Below are positions 1 through 13,273 of a DNA stretch of 64,000 nt, in pieces. The stretch is from an uncultured Planctomycetaceae bacterium (lineage in GTDB: Bacteria; Planctomycetota; Planctomycetia; Pirellulales; PALSA-1355), in assembly GCA_963785305.1 (NCBI GenBank), contig CAWAUV010000009.1:224001-288000 (forward strand). Reading direction: 5' to 3'. Every line of letters starts with the position of its first letter. Position 1 is the first letter of the stretch. Below the pieces are notes generated by a model. That model saw only the letters and a list, made by a program, of their open reading frames with translations. It was not told the origin of the DNA and ran no database searches. A program made the translations under genes and the position numbers.

Positions 1-200
1 CTAAAAAACTCCTCTGCCCAGCGAGGCGTATCGATTGGCGAGCGGAACAAAGAACGGCGGAGCGGCCACGGAAGAACACGGAAGAACACGGAAATGGATC
101 GATGCCGCGGCCAGACCGATAATTTGTCCCCTGTTGCGTGAATACTTCCTTCCTGCTTCCGTGGCCATTTCCAGGTTCAACCGTGGCTAAAGAATCTTGC

Positions 201-1639
<1,439 letters not shown>

Positions 1640-1699
1640 CGGCGCTATCGGCGCCGCGAGCAAGGCCCTTTTCGTTCGGCCCATGCCGCAGGCCGTCGT

Positions 1700-2854
1700 T
1701 CAAACCGCCAGGGCCGGTGGTGGGTCGTCGATCAGTTGGTAGAACACATTGCGGCGGCGGGGTTCGTAGCCGAGTTCTTGGATCGCGCCGCGCATTTCCT
1801 CGAGCGTGAGATAATGCACCGTGCCGGCGGCGGCCACCACGTTTTCCTCGATCATCAGGCTGCCCATGTCATTGGCCCCATAGACCAGCGCGATCTGCCC
1901 GATTTTGAGCCCTTGGGTCACCCAGCTTGATTGGATATTGGGGATGTTGTCGAGGTACAACCGGCTCACGGCTTGGGTCTTGAGATATTCGAACGATCCG
2001 GCCGCCGGGGCCGAGGCCATTTCGTAGCCCGGCTGCATTGTCCAGCAAATGAAGGCCGTGAACCCGCGCGTTTCGTCTTGCAACTGGCGCAAGCGGTCGA
2101 GATGTTCGATCCGCTCGGCCAGGGTTTCGATATGGCCGAACATCATCGTGGCGCTGCCGATGCCGCCCAGCTCGTGCCACACCCGGCACACATCGAGCCA
2201 ATCGTCGGTGAGCACCTTGCCGCGCGTAAGCTGGCGGCGAACCCGGTCGACGAGAATCTCGGCCCCGCCGCCCGGCAAGCTGCCCAGGCCGGCCGCCTTG
2301 AGCCGCTCGAGCACGGCGCGGAGCGGGAGCTTCGAGATCTTGGTGAAGTGATAAATCTCGGGCGGGCTGAAGCCATGAATGTTCACGCCCGGAAAATGCC
2401 GCTTGATGTCGTGGAGCAGTTCTTCGTACCACTCGAGCGGCAATGTCGGGTGGAGGCCGCCTTGCATGAGAATCTGATCGCCGCCCAGGGCCACGGTCTC
2501 CTCGATTTTCTTGAGCAACTCGGCCCGATCAAGCAGGTAGCCTTCGGTGTCTTTCGGCTTGCGAAAGAAGGCGCAGAAGTCGCACACGGCGGTGCAGACA
2601 TTCGTGTAGTTGATGTTGCGGTCGATGTTGTAAGTGCGATAGGGCTCGGGATGCAGGCGCCGGGTCACGGCGTCGGCGGCGCGGCCGAGCGCGGCCAGTT
2701 CATGCGATTCGAGCAGCCGGAGTCCCTCGGCCGGGGAGATGCGCTCGCCAGCCACGCTTTTGTCCAAAATTCGAGCGACTTCGCGATCCACGGGCGGTAA
2801 TTCTCCGGCAGTGCTGTCGAGGTTTATGCGGGGGGTGATACGACGACGGGCCAA
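1700..2854 (-). CDS. mqnC: Cyclic dehypoxanthinyl futalosine synthase (radical SAM, futalosine menaquinone pathway)
   Basis: RNINYTNVCTAVCDFCAF (CxxxCxxC), LPGGGAEIL, ATMMFGH, GANDMGSLMIEENVV. Confidence 0.88.
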   Translation of the reverse strand: MARRRITPRINLDSTAGELPPVDREVARILDKSVAGERISPAEGLRLLESHELAALGRAADAVTRRLHPEPYRTYNIDRNINYTNVCTAVCDFCAFFRKPKDTEGYLLDRAELLKKIEETVALGGDQILMQGGLHPTLPLEWYEELLHDIKRHFPGVNIHGFSPPEIYHFTKISKLPLRAVLERLKAAGLGSLPGGGAEILVDRVRRQLTRGKVLTDDWLDVCRVWHELGGIGSATMMFGHIETLAERIEHLDRLRQLQDETRGFTAFICWTMQPGYEMASAPAAGSFEYLKTQAVSRLYLDNIPNIQSSWVTQGLKIGQIALVYGANDMGSLMIEENVVAAAGTVHYLTLEEMRGAIQELGYEPRRRNVFYQLIDDPPPALAV

Positions 2855-3201
2855 AAACGGCGATAATCAACGTTATCTTTGTGCCCGCGCGGGGGGCGGT
2901 TCGTCAAGAGCGCCGAGTGGGGGGACACGCACGCGTCACGAAGGAAAAACCGGACACGACGGCGCGAACTTAACAGCTCGACGGTTGTCATTCGCGTGTG
3001 GCGCCGGGCGAAACAGCGGAAAGCGAAAGCGAGGAGCGCAAGCCACGCTGCGGCTGCCCGCCGAGCGCGCCGATGCTGATATGGCCTCGTTCCCTGGGCC
3101 TGCCTATAATGCGATTCCCCGGAAGGAACCTGTCTCGCGAAAGCCCCAGCCGCTGTTTCCCCCCATTGGCTGATCGCGGACCTTGCCTCGATGCGAACGT
3201 A

Positions 3202-4640
3202 ATGAATTCCGCAGTGCGCGTGCAAACGTCGAACCGGCGTTTGAGCCATCGTTTTCGACCCGAGCCCCGGTTGGCCCCCGAGCGCCGCCGCGGATCGCTC
3301 CGGCGCAACTTGCGACTCTGTTTCTGGGACGGCGTTCTATTCAGCATCATGGTCGGGGCGGGCGAGACCTATCTGCCGGCCTTTACCTTGGCGATGGGGT
3401 TTGGCGCCGTGGCGGCGGGGCTCATTACCACCGCGCCGCTGGCCGCTGGCGCGGTGCTCCAGCTTGTTTCGCCCGCCGCGGTGCGCCGCTTGGGTTCGCA
3501 TCGCCGCTGGGTGGTTTTGTGTTCGCTGGCCCAGGCGGCGAGTTTCGTGCCGCTGGCGATCGGCGGCTTGCGCGGGGCGATGCCGGTGGCGGCATCTTTA
3601 CGGCGGCCACCGTGTATTGGGGCGCCGGCCTCGCCACCGGCGGAGCTTGGAACGCCTGGATCGAGACGATCGTGCCCGCGAGGCTCAGGGCCCGATATTT
3701 CGCGCGCCGCACTCGCTTCGCCCAGCTTGGAGTGCTCACTGGGTTCGTCGCGGCCGGATGCGTGCTTTATTTCGCCAATCGGATGCATGCCTCGCTCTTG
3801 GCGTTTGGCGGACTTTTTGTCGCGGCGGCCGGATTCCGAGTGCTCTCGGCGATGTGTCTGGCGAACCACTCGGAGCCGAAGCCGCCGGAAGCGAAGGCGA
3901 CCGGTCTGCCCTGGGCCGAACTGTTTGCCGGCGGCCAGTACAAGGCCGAGGGCCGGCTGCTCGTGTATCTGTTCGCGGTGCAGTCGGCCGCGCAATTCGC
4001 GGGACCCTATTTCACGCCCTACATGCTTGGGCCACTGGGCCTAGGCTACGCGAGTTATGTGGCCTTGTTCGGTGTGTCGTTTGCCGCCAAGGCGCTCGCG
4101 CTGCCGCTCTTGGGCGCGGTGGCCGAGCGACGGGGCGCGTATCGGCTGCTGTGGGTGGCGGGGATCGCGATCGTGCCGCTCAGCAGCCTGTGGATCGTGT
4201 CGCAAAACTATGTGTATCTGCTCGGGGTGCAGATTGCCGCCGGATGCTCTTGGGCCGCCTATGAGCTCGCGATGTTTCTCCTCTTTTTCGAAGCGATCCC
4301 GCGCTCGCGCCGCACCAGCTTGCTCACGATCTACAACCTCGGCAATTCGCTGGCCACGGCCGCCGGCTCGGTGCTCGGTGGGCTCTTGCTCAACCAGGGA
4401 GCGAAGTCGACCGCCACGTATTTCCTCGTCTTTGGCATTTCGACCCTGGGCCGTGGCCTGGCGCTGGTGTTTCTGGCTCGCATTCCCGAGATTCGCGTGG
4501 CGACGCATTCGGTGGCCACGCGCACCCTGGGCGTGAGCGCGGGCGATAGCGTGCTGGAGCAGCCGATTCTTTCAAGCATGCCCGAAGCGAAAGAGATCGT
4601 TCTCCCGTTGGGAAAACACTCAGGCGCCGCCGATGGTTGA
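3202..4640 (+). CDS. MFS transporter, frameshift near 3590
   Basis: Multiple hydrophobic helices; DGVLFSIMVGAGETYLPAF start, WNAWIETIVPARLRARYFARR; joins ORFs 2998..4044 and 3183..4640. Confidence 0.75.
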
Positions 4641-4671
4641 GGGCCGCGGCTTGCGAGACACGTGCAAAGAG

Positions 4672-4703
4672 CCCTCGCCCTGCCCTTTTCCGAAGGGGAG
4701 AGG
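4672..4703. repeat. REP-like palindrome CCCTCrCCCTrCCCTCTCCC-n-GGGAGAGG, copy 1
   Basis: ccctcgccctgcccttttccgaaggggagagg between convergent genes; similar copies at 16786 and 51721. Confidence 0.6.
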
Positions 4704-4709
4704 AATTCA

Positions 4710-6443
4710 TCACGCGCCGGGGCTGGCGTCGGCCGGTTTCGCTTCGGTCGGCTTACCTGCGGGGTGCGCCTCGTTCGGTTTGCATTCATCGGGCATGCCC
4801 TCGCCCGATTTCGCTTCGGCAGGCTTCTTTTCATTCGTTTTCTTTTCACCCACCTTCGGTCCGCCCAGCTTTTCTCCCGGCGGCTTGCGGGCGCGTTTGG
4901 CGACGATCTCAGCCGGATCGGGGTCGGGCACGGCCAATTCGACTCGCAGGCGGCTTAGCTCGGCGGTGAGCTGCTTTTGGGTTTCGGCATATTCCGGGCG
5001 GCCGAACACGCTGGTCAGTTCGAGCGGATCCTTTTCGCGGTCGAAAAGCTCCCAATCGCCCGCGCCGGTCGGCACGTCGTGGTAGAAGTGAAGCAATTTG
5101 TAGCGGTCGGTCACGACGCCATAATGCGGTCGGACATGGTGCGGCTGAGGATATTCATAGTAGTGATAATAGAAACTCTTCCGCCAATCGGCCGGCGTTT
5201 GTCCACGGCAAACCGGCGCCAGATCGCGGCCTTGCACATCGCCGGGCGTCGCGACGCCGGCGGCGGCGAGGAAGGTCGGCGCGAAGTCGAGCGTGCTCAC
5301 GAGATCGTGATTCACGCTGCCCGGCTTGATCACGCCCGGCCAGCGCACCAAGAGCGGCGTTCGCAGTGATTCCTCGAAGATCCAGCGTTTGTCGAACCAG
5401 CCGTGCTCGCCGAGGTAAAAGCCTTGGTCGGCGGAATAGACGACGATCGTGTTGTTCGCCAGGCCCTCGGCGTCGAGCGTGTCGAGCACGCGGCCCACGC
5501 CTTCATCCACGGCCTTGACGCAGGCGAGATAGTCGTGCATATAACGCTGGTAGCGCCAAGCGACGACATCGCGGCCGGCGGGATGGGCCTCGCAATACGC
5601 TTTGTTCCGCGGCTCGTAGTACGCGTCCCACTGCTTGCGTTCCTCCGGCGTGAGCCGGTTGGGAGCGACGAACTTCAGATCACGCCGGGTCATCGTCTTC
5701 TGGAGCGTCATGTCTTGATCGTGTTCGGCGAGGCCGCGGCCGTGGTAATCGTCGAACAGCGAGGGCGGCTCGGGATAGTGGCGATCATGGTCATGGCCCA
5801 AGAGCCTGATGGGTGGCTCCCATTCGCGATGCGGCGCTTTGTGTTGCACCATGAGCAGAAACGGCTTCGACTTATCCCGGCCTTTGAGCCACTCGATGCC
5901 GCGGTCCGTGATTACATCGGTCACATAGCCGGTTTCTTGAATTTTCTTGCCATCGCGAATCATGGGCGGATGGTAATAGACGCCCTGACCCGGCAGGATT
6001 TCCCAATGATCGAAGCCGGTGGGCGTGCTCTCCAGGTGCCATTTGCCGATGATCGCCGTTTGATAACCCTGGGCCTGGAGCGCTTTGGGAAACGTGAACT
6101 GCGAGCCATCGAACACCGAGCCGGTGTTGTCATAAAAGCCATTGCGATGGGCATATTTTCCGGTGAGCACCGTGGCCCGACTAGGGCCGCAAATCGAATT
6201 CGGCACGAGACAGCGGTCGAACCGCATGCCTTCTCGAGCCAGCCGATCGATGTTCGGAGTTTCGACCAATTGACGCGGGTCTTGGTAGGCGCTGATCGCC
6301 TGATAGGCGTGATCGTCGGCGAAGATGAACACGATATTCGGCGGCGACGCGCTCGCCGACGAGGCCGCGAGCGCGATCGTGGCGACGACGGCGCCCAACG
6401 CCGCGTTCCATGTGAACCTTCGCCGCCGCGCGGAATCCGCCAT
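4710..6443 (-). CDS. Sulfatase (exported, formylglycine type)
   Basis: PNIVFIFADD, CGPSRATVLTG (CxPxR), GKWHL, GEHGWFDKR; signal peptide. Confidence 0.93.
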   Translation of the reverse strand: MADSARRRRFTWNAALGAVVATIALAASSASASPPNIVFIFADDHAYQAISAYQDPRQLVETPNIDRLAREGMRFDRCLVPNSICGPSRATVLTGKYAHRNGFYDNTGSVFDGSQFTFPKALQAQGYQTAIIGKWHLESTPTGFDHWEILPGQGVYYHPPMIRDGKKIQETGYVTDVITDRGIEWLKGRDKSKPFLLMVQHKAPHREWEPPIRLLGHDHDRHYPEPPSLFDDYHGRGLAEHDQDMTLQKTMTRRDLKFVAPNRLTPEERKQWDAYYEPRNKAYCEAHPAGRDVVAWRYQRYMHDYLACVKAVDEGVGRVLDTLDAEGLANNTIVVYSADQGFYLGEHGWFDKRWIFEESLRTPLLVRWPGVIKPGSVNHDLVSTLDFAPTFLAAAGVATPGDVQGRDLAPVCRGQTPADWRKSFYYHYYEYPQPHHVRPHYGVVTDRYKLLHFYHDVPTGAGDWELFDREKDPLELTSVFGRPEYAETQKQLTAELSRLRVELAVPDPDPAEIVAKRARKPPGEKLGGPKVGEKKTNEKKPAEAKSGEGMPDECKPNEAHPAGKPTEAKPADASPGA

Positions 6444-6464
6444 GTTGCATCGCCTTGATGGGAG

Positions 6465-6511
6465 AAATGAAACCCCGCCGGCCCGAGGACTTTAGCCGGC
6501 GCCGGCGGGGT
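6465..6511 (-). terminator. Putative intrinsic terminator or hairpin after the heme-binding protein gene
   Basis: accccgccgg...ccggcggggt inverted repeat followed on the minus strand by ttcattt. Confidence 0.5.
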
Positions 6512-6526
6512 GAATGGTCGCCCGGG

Positions 6527-9500
6527 TCAATGCGCGTGATGATGGTCGTGGCCCGCGTGGCCGCCGAACATCGGGTGCGCCTTGTCGCCCTTGGCCAGCA
6601 CATAGGCGATCAGGTCGAGCACTTCCTCGCGCGTCAGCTTGCTGAGCAAGCCTTGCGGCATGATCGACTTGTTCGACTTGTCGCGGGTGTCGATCGTGGT
6701 CTTGATAATCACCACCGGCTCGACCTTGGCGAGTGGATTGTCGATCACCTTGACCAGCTCGGCGGTTTCCTCGACCACCATGCCGGTGACCACTTTGCCG
6801 TTGTCGAGCACGAACACATTGGACAGGAATTTTTCGTCGATCTTTTCCGAAGGCGTGACGACGGAGCGCAGGATATGCTCCGCATTTTGCTTCGCGGGAT
6901 CGAGCTTCGCCAAGTCGGGCCCGATTTGTCGGCCGGGTTCATTCAAGTGATGGCAGGCGATGCAGCTCGCGACCTTAAACGCGTTTTGCCCCACGGCAAA
7001 CGAACGGTCGTGCCCGAGGGTCTTGACCGATTCCAGCAGTTCGTCGACGGTCCACTCGTGGCTCTGGCCGATCTGCTTGAGCAGGTCGTCTTTCACCGTG
7101 ATGTTGTGCGCGGCGAGGTAGGAATCGGGATTGGCGCCATAGGCGTCGAGATCGTCGACCACGATCAACTCGCCATACATCCGGCGCCAGTGGCCGGGAT
7201 ACGTGCAGACATAGGGGTAGACGCCGGCTTCCTTGGGCGCCTCGAACGACAGGGCCTGCGATTCGCCCGGCTGAAGCAACCGGCTGGCGAGCAGAATCTT
7301 GTTGGACTTGGGCACGTAGTTTCGCTGCATCGCGTCGGCGTCGCGAGCCGTGGCTTCAGCCAAGAGGCCGATTTCTTCCATGGCGCCCGGCGTGGTGATC
7401 GCGAAGTTGTGCGGCATGGCGTCGGTGTTGGAGAAGCGAAACTCGATCGGCTTGCCGGTCTGCACGGCGATGCGTTCCTTGTCGTAGAGCATGCGCTCGG
7501 GCAGCGTGCCGACGGCGATCACGCGCACATCGAGATTTTCGAATCGCGAGAGCGCGGCCCCGGCCTCCTCGCTCGGCAAGAGCGACGCCAGTTGCTTGGC
7601 CAGAGCGATGGCCTCGACCGCCGAGGGGCCGGTGCGCAGGCTCGCGGGAATGCCGCTCACATAGGCCGTGAGATTATCCACCAGCGAACGGGCCAGATTC
7701 TTCTGCCAAGCTTGCTTGGGAATCAGGCCCATGGCGCGAATCGCGCTGTCGCGATTGCGGCCGGCGACGAGCAACTTGGCCAGATCGCGGAACTTTTCCT
7801 CGTCGTGGCCGGGAATCGACTGCAGCGAGTCGATCGCCACATCGCCGAGCGACTCGCCCGCGCCGGTCCACAGCTTGGCCAACGGCAGCGCTTGCTTATG
7901 CATGCCGGGTCCCGAGTATTCGAACTCAAGCCCCTGGTCGCCGCTGCCGTTGTAATACGTGACTACGAGCGGATGCGTGCCGACCGAGAGCTCGACCGCG
8001 CCTTTCTTCTCCGACATGCCGTGCTGGCCATCGTTGTCGATCACCAGCTTCTTGTCGACATAGAGCCGCGAACCGTCGTCGCTCGAAAGATAGAAGGTAT
8101 ATTTGCCCGCCTTGTCGATCTGGAGGCTGCTCGAAAACTTCAAGGCATAGCCCGACGCCAATTGACGCTGGGGCACATTGAGCGTGATTTTAGGAACGAC
8201 TCCGGTCGCCTTGGGCTTCATGCGGTCCAATGTCTCCAGGGCCACGTCACGTGGGTCTTGGCCATAGAAATCGACCGTGAAACCGTTGGCGCTTGAACCA
8301 CCGGCGGTCGACGGCGCGGCCGCGGGCACATCGAACAGCAGCGGCTCGACCCGGGCAAATGTCGGCGCCGCGCAGTTCCGGCGAAGCGATGCGCCCGATC
8401 GCCGCGAGCACATCGCGGAGCCCCTCGGCACTCTTCGAGGCTTCGACAAACGCATCATCCGGCGAATTATCGGCCACGATCCAGGCGGCGTAGCCCGCTT
8501 GCCGGCCGGCGGCGGACTTGCCGGCCGCGGCCAGCTTGGCGAACCGCTCGCGCACGGCATGCAGCTCGCCGCTCGGCCGCCGCGTCAAGAGGCCGGCCAA
8601 GGTCGCGACGCCTTCGTTATCACCCCGGGCGTCGCGATCTTGGATCAACGACAGCAAGAGATCGAGCTCCGACACATTGCGAATCATGGCCAGACCCGCG
8701 AGCGATTCGGCCAGCGCGGCCTGGGGAGCATCGTGCCGCGAGAGAATCGCCTGATACACGGCCTCGCCGCGCTCCATCTTCAGGAGGTCGTCGACATTCG
8801 CATTGAGCAACATATACGACTGCGCGGCGACCGAGGGCTTTTGGCCCGCGGCGAGCGCTTGATGCACGATGCGATCGACGTTGATCTTCTCTTTCACATA
8901 TTTCATGGCCGCGTCGATCTGAACATCGCTGGGGCGCAAAGCAACCTCGAAGAAGATCTCGGAAGCCAAGTTTTCAGGAAAGGCGACGCAGGCCTTGAGC
9001 GCTTCGACCCGCACGAGCGGCTCGGACTCGCGAGCCGCGGCGAGCAGCAGCGGACCAGCGCCTTGGACCTTGGGACCCCAGTGGCCGAGGGTGCGAATCG
9101 CCGCCGCGCGCACTCGGGGCTCCTTGGCGCCAAGGGTCTTCACCAGCAGCGCTTCATTGGGCACGCGCTGTTCCTCGCACACCCAGAGCGATTCGAGCAG
9201 CGCTTGCTCGTCGGCCGGGCTCTTCGGCTGGATGTCGGCGGTGAACTTGTCGACGGCCGCGATCACCTCGCCCTCGGGGCGACCACTGAGCTCGAGCCGA
9301 GCGCGATAGCGAACGCCGTTTTCCTTCGCATAAAAATTCCGCAGCACTTCGGCGATCGGTTTGCCCTTCATCTTTACCGGCTTGAGCAGCGGACGGCCGG
9401 CGGCGGTCACGCGGTAGACGCGGCCATGGGTATGGTCGCGGTTCGGGTCGCGAATGTTGTGCTGCATGTGGCCGATGATCGGGTTCTGCCAGTCGCTCAC

Positions 9501-11477
9501 ATAGAGCGCGCCATCGCCGCCGATCTCGAGATCGGTCGGGCGGAAGTTGCCATCGTCCGACACGAGAATCGGCTCGATCTCCACGGCGTTGATATCGGCC
9601 CCGTCGTACTCCACTTTGTGTTGCAACACACCGAGAAAGCCGATCGAATTGCAGATCAGGAAATTGCCGTTGTTCTCCGGCGGGAAGTGGCTGCTCGAGA
9701 GAATGCCGGTCGCGGGCACGGGGCGCACCCGCTTTTGATACCACTGTTTGGGCGCGTTGACGCCGTGACCGATATTGATGTAGTTGCCGGTGCCGCCGGT
9801 GCCGTCGCTGGCGAACTGGTAGCCCCATTGATCGATCACGTCGCCATGCGGGTTCGGGCCGATGGGGAAGTGAAAGTCGACTTCGAACGTGCGGGGGTCG
9901 AAGCGATAGACGCCCGAATTCGTCGAGCGAAAGGTCTTGGTCGGGGTTTCGCTGTTGTCGACGTGAAACACGCCGTGTGAATAGTAGAGCCCGCCGTCGG
10001 GGCCGATCACCATGCTGTTGGCGGTGTGGTGGGTGTCCTCGGCCGAGATGCCTTGGAGCATGCGAATCTTCACGTCGGCCCGGTCGTCGCCATCGGTATC
10101 CTTGAGAAACAAGATATCGGGCGCCGCGGCCACGAGCACGCCGCCTCCCCAGAATTCGAAGCCGGTGACGCTATTGAGCCCATCGGCGAACACGATCATG
10201 CGGTCGGCTTTGCCGTCGCCGTCTTCATCGGGCAGAATCACGAGCCGGTCTTGGAGCGTTTGCTTGGGATTCCAGTGCGGATAGCTCGGCCAAGTAGCCA
10301 CCCAAAGGCGGCCATCGGTGTCGACCGACATTTGCACCGGTTTGGCCAGATCAGGAAATCGCTCTTCCGAGGCGAACAGATTCACCTGCATTCCCTGGGC
10401 GATCTTCATCTTCGAGATCGCTTCCTCGCCGCCGAGGAAGGGGAATTTGCCATCGGGGAGCGGTCCCTTGATGTTCGACTCGACCACGAGTTCGGGCGGG
10501 GTGTTCGAATCATCGAGCTTCAGATCGCCGCCGGCGGCCACGGCCCAGACCCGTTTGTCGCGATTGGCCGTGAGCGCGTCGAAGATTTCCATTTCGCGCA
10601 TCATGACATCGGCGTTGCTCTGCCCATGCCACGAAAGCTTCGACCGGCCGCCGAAGACATTGAAGGCGTCGACCGTGCGATACCGGCTATACCAGTAGAA
10701 ATCCTTGTCGATGACCGCTTGCCGCAAGCGTTCGATGTTCGAGTTGTCGAGCGTGCGCGGGGCGCCGAAGAGCGCCTGGTCGATCGCGAGCGCCACGCGA
10801 TGATCGCCCTCGGGCGTGAGATGCACGCCGTTCATCGTCAGCGGTTCGGCGGCCGCGGCGTACATGTCGCGGGTGGGCGTGAACAGGTCGACGAACACGA
10901 CCCCCTTTTCGGCGGCCACTTCGCCCATGGCTTTCGTGTAGAGCGCGAGGCGAGCGTTGTTTTCGGCGCCGTCGGGCAAATGGCGGCTCTTAAGATTTTC
11001 GGCCGCGATCGGCGAGAAAAGCACCAGCCGGGGCGAGGATTTTCCGTTGTAGTTTTGCTTCGCGGTGTTGTCGATGAACTTGGCGAGGTCCTGTCGGAAG
11101 TTCGCCAACCCGCCTTCGCCTTGCAGCGATTCGTTGTAGCCGAAGAAGGCGAAGATCACGTCGGCCTTGGTGCGCGTCAGCCACTCGTCCGGCGTGCCGA
11201 AATTCTCCGACCGGGGACGGGTCGTGAGTGTGTCGCCGGGAAAGCTAAGATTGCGAAACACGAGCTCATGCTTCGGGAATCGCTGCTGGATGAGTGTTTC
11301 GAGCCAGCCATCGTGTTGCATCCGATCGGCCAAGGTATTGCCGATGTAGCTAATATGGTCGCCCGGTCGCAGTTCGAGCCCGGGCGACTGGGCCACGGCG
11401 CGGTTGGGCGACGCGGCCACGAAAATGGCGAGGAAAGTAAAGCACGAGTAAGCGAGGCAAGCGCAACGCGCGAACAT
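6527..11477 (-). CDS. Large PVC-type heme-binding CxxCH protein (SGNH, beta-propeller dehydrogenase, HEAT-like, PA14, cupredoxin, cytochrome c); frameshift near 8370
   Basis: IGNTLADRMQ and NGVHL (SGNH); DEDGDGKAD propeller repeats; FYLSSDDGSRL (PA14); MPHNF and CTYPGHWRRM (azurin-like Cu site); CIACH, IGPDL, SIMPQGL. Confidence 0.87.
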
Positions 11478-11790
11478 GGCGGCTCCCGGGGGGTTGTAGG
11501 CGAGCGGTAGGAATCGTTGGCGAGGAAGTGATTCATTATAATCGCGTTTTTTCCCAACGCGAGAACCAAGTCCTACGCCCGGCGTCGGTTTTTTTGGGCC
11601 GCCTACCGCTCGGTAAATCCGCCCCCTTCCCGGCTTCGCGGCCCCGCGAGCTGCCGCTGCCCGAAATGCGTCCAAACGGCTAAAATGCGGATAGCTGAGA
11701 CATATTGTCCCTCCGCCGTTTCGTCGAGCGCATGATATCTGGGCCGAGCCGGCGATCCCGTACCCTCGTGTTTCCGGGCGAAAAGCAGGC

Positions 11791-13157
11791 ATGATTTTGA
11801 CCATTCCCGGCGAACTGACCGCCGAAATCCTCAAAAAATGGAACTCCGATCCGGCCGAGGCGCCGCCGGGCGATGGCGGCGCGCTTGGCTGATCCGGCGA
11901 TGCTTTCGCCCGAGTCGGCGGCGAAATCACGTCCGCCCTCGGCGGAGCTTTTGCAACGCATTATCGAGGTGGCCTACGAAGCCAGCTTGCTCGAAGACGA
12001 AGGCCGGCCGGTCACGTTGCGTCTCTTGCTCCGCTCGGCCCACGAATTCGATGTCGAGCAGGGTCCGCCCGAGGGGTTGCTGCGTCTCATCTTCACCGAG
12101 CCGCGACCGTTCACCGCGAGCGAGTTGCGGCGCATCTCGCCGGCGTCGAATTATCACCGCTCGCTCGTGGGCGTGCATCTGGCGGCGCATGGAGCGCTTG
12201 AAATCTGGGGCGTCGTGCAGTCGGGTCCGCGCTGGTTGCAAAAAACGCAAGGCGGCCGCGGCGCCGCGCCGACTTTTCCGGATTGCTTGATCGTGGCCGT
12301 GACTCGACCCGGCTGCCTCGATGTCAGTCGCGGAGCGAGGCTGTTGGCCTCTGTGCGCGCGGGCCGCACGACCTCGCCGGGGCTCGATGTCTTCGAATCG
12401 CTTTGGCTCCCGCGGCATTTTTCGTCGATTCGCGCTGAATTGACCGAACTGCACGAAGCGGCGCGGAAAGCGCAACCCAATCGCTGGCGTCCGCTCGATC
12501 GCGATCTCACGCGGCTCATCGGCCAGCAGATGATCAAACGGCTCGTGAGCACGATCCACGCCGCGCGCCACGGCGGCGCCCTGGTCCTCACGCCCTGCGA
12601 ATATGATTTCGGCTGCGTCAACGGCGGCGCACTTGAAATTCAAATATCGATTCGTCGAAGACGCGTCGAGCCGCCGCTATCGCCGGCTGATCGTATCGAT
12701 GATGAATGCCTTGGCCTCGCTGGGCGCCGAGTTGGAGCTACCGCCCCATGAGCCCGTGAGTTGGCATCATTTCGACGGCTTCAACCATCCGCTCTTGGCC
12801 ACGCTGGAAGAGGGGATTTTCGAAATCGCGCACCTGATCGCCCAACTGGCCAGCGTCGACGGCGCGATTGCCCTGACCAAACGCTTCGAGTTGCTGGGGT
12901 TCGGAGTCGAGATCGGCGGGGCCTTGCCCGAGGTGCGCACCGTGCGGCGGGCGCTCGATATCGAGGGCGAGCACTATGTCGAGGAAAACGTCGAAGAGGT
13001 CGGCACTCGCCATCGCTCGGCGTATCGGCTGTGCAGCGCCGTGCATGACGCGATCACGATCGTCGTGTCGCAAGACGGCTCGGTGAGCTTCGTGTGCTGG
13101 AAAGACGACAGCGTGTATTACTGGCCCCACGAAATCAACTCACCCATCAGCCCCTGA
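11791..13157 (+). CDS. DisA_N/DAC-domain protein with N-terminal putative sensor region (DACNV-like); frameshifts near 11880 and 12625
   Basis: C-terminal VDGAIAL...LLGFGVEI and VGTRHRSA...IVVSQDG motifs; N-terminal YEASLLEDEGRPV. Confidence 0.75.
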
Positions 13158-13273
13158 GCGACGCGAAGCGAAGTAGGTCGCCCGACGCCTCGGTGGCGAA
13201 TATCCTGGGCATTGGCGCAATTCGCTTCGAGGCGTTTCCGCGGCAATGCTGGCTTTCGACGGCGGGCGACGGG

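Noticed and set aside
1931..2800. Long antisense ORFs (e.g. 1931..2800, 6455..8296, 8277..9980, 47169..48677, 61278..62897)
   Set aside because: They are shadows of recognisable genes on the opposite strand, expected in high-GC DNA, and carry no motifs of their own.
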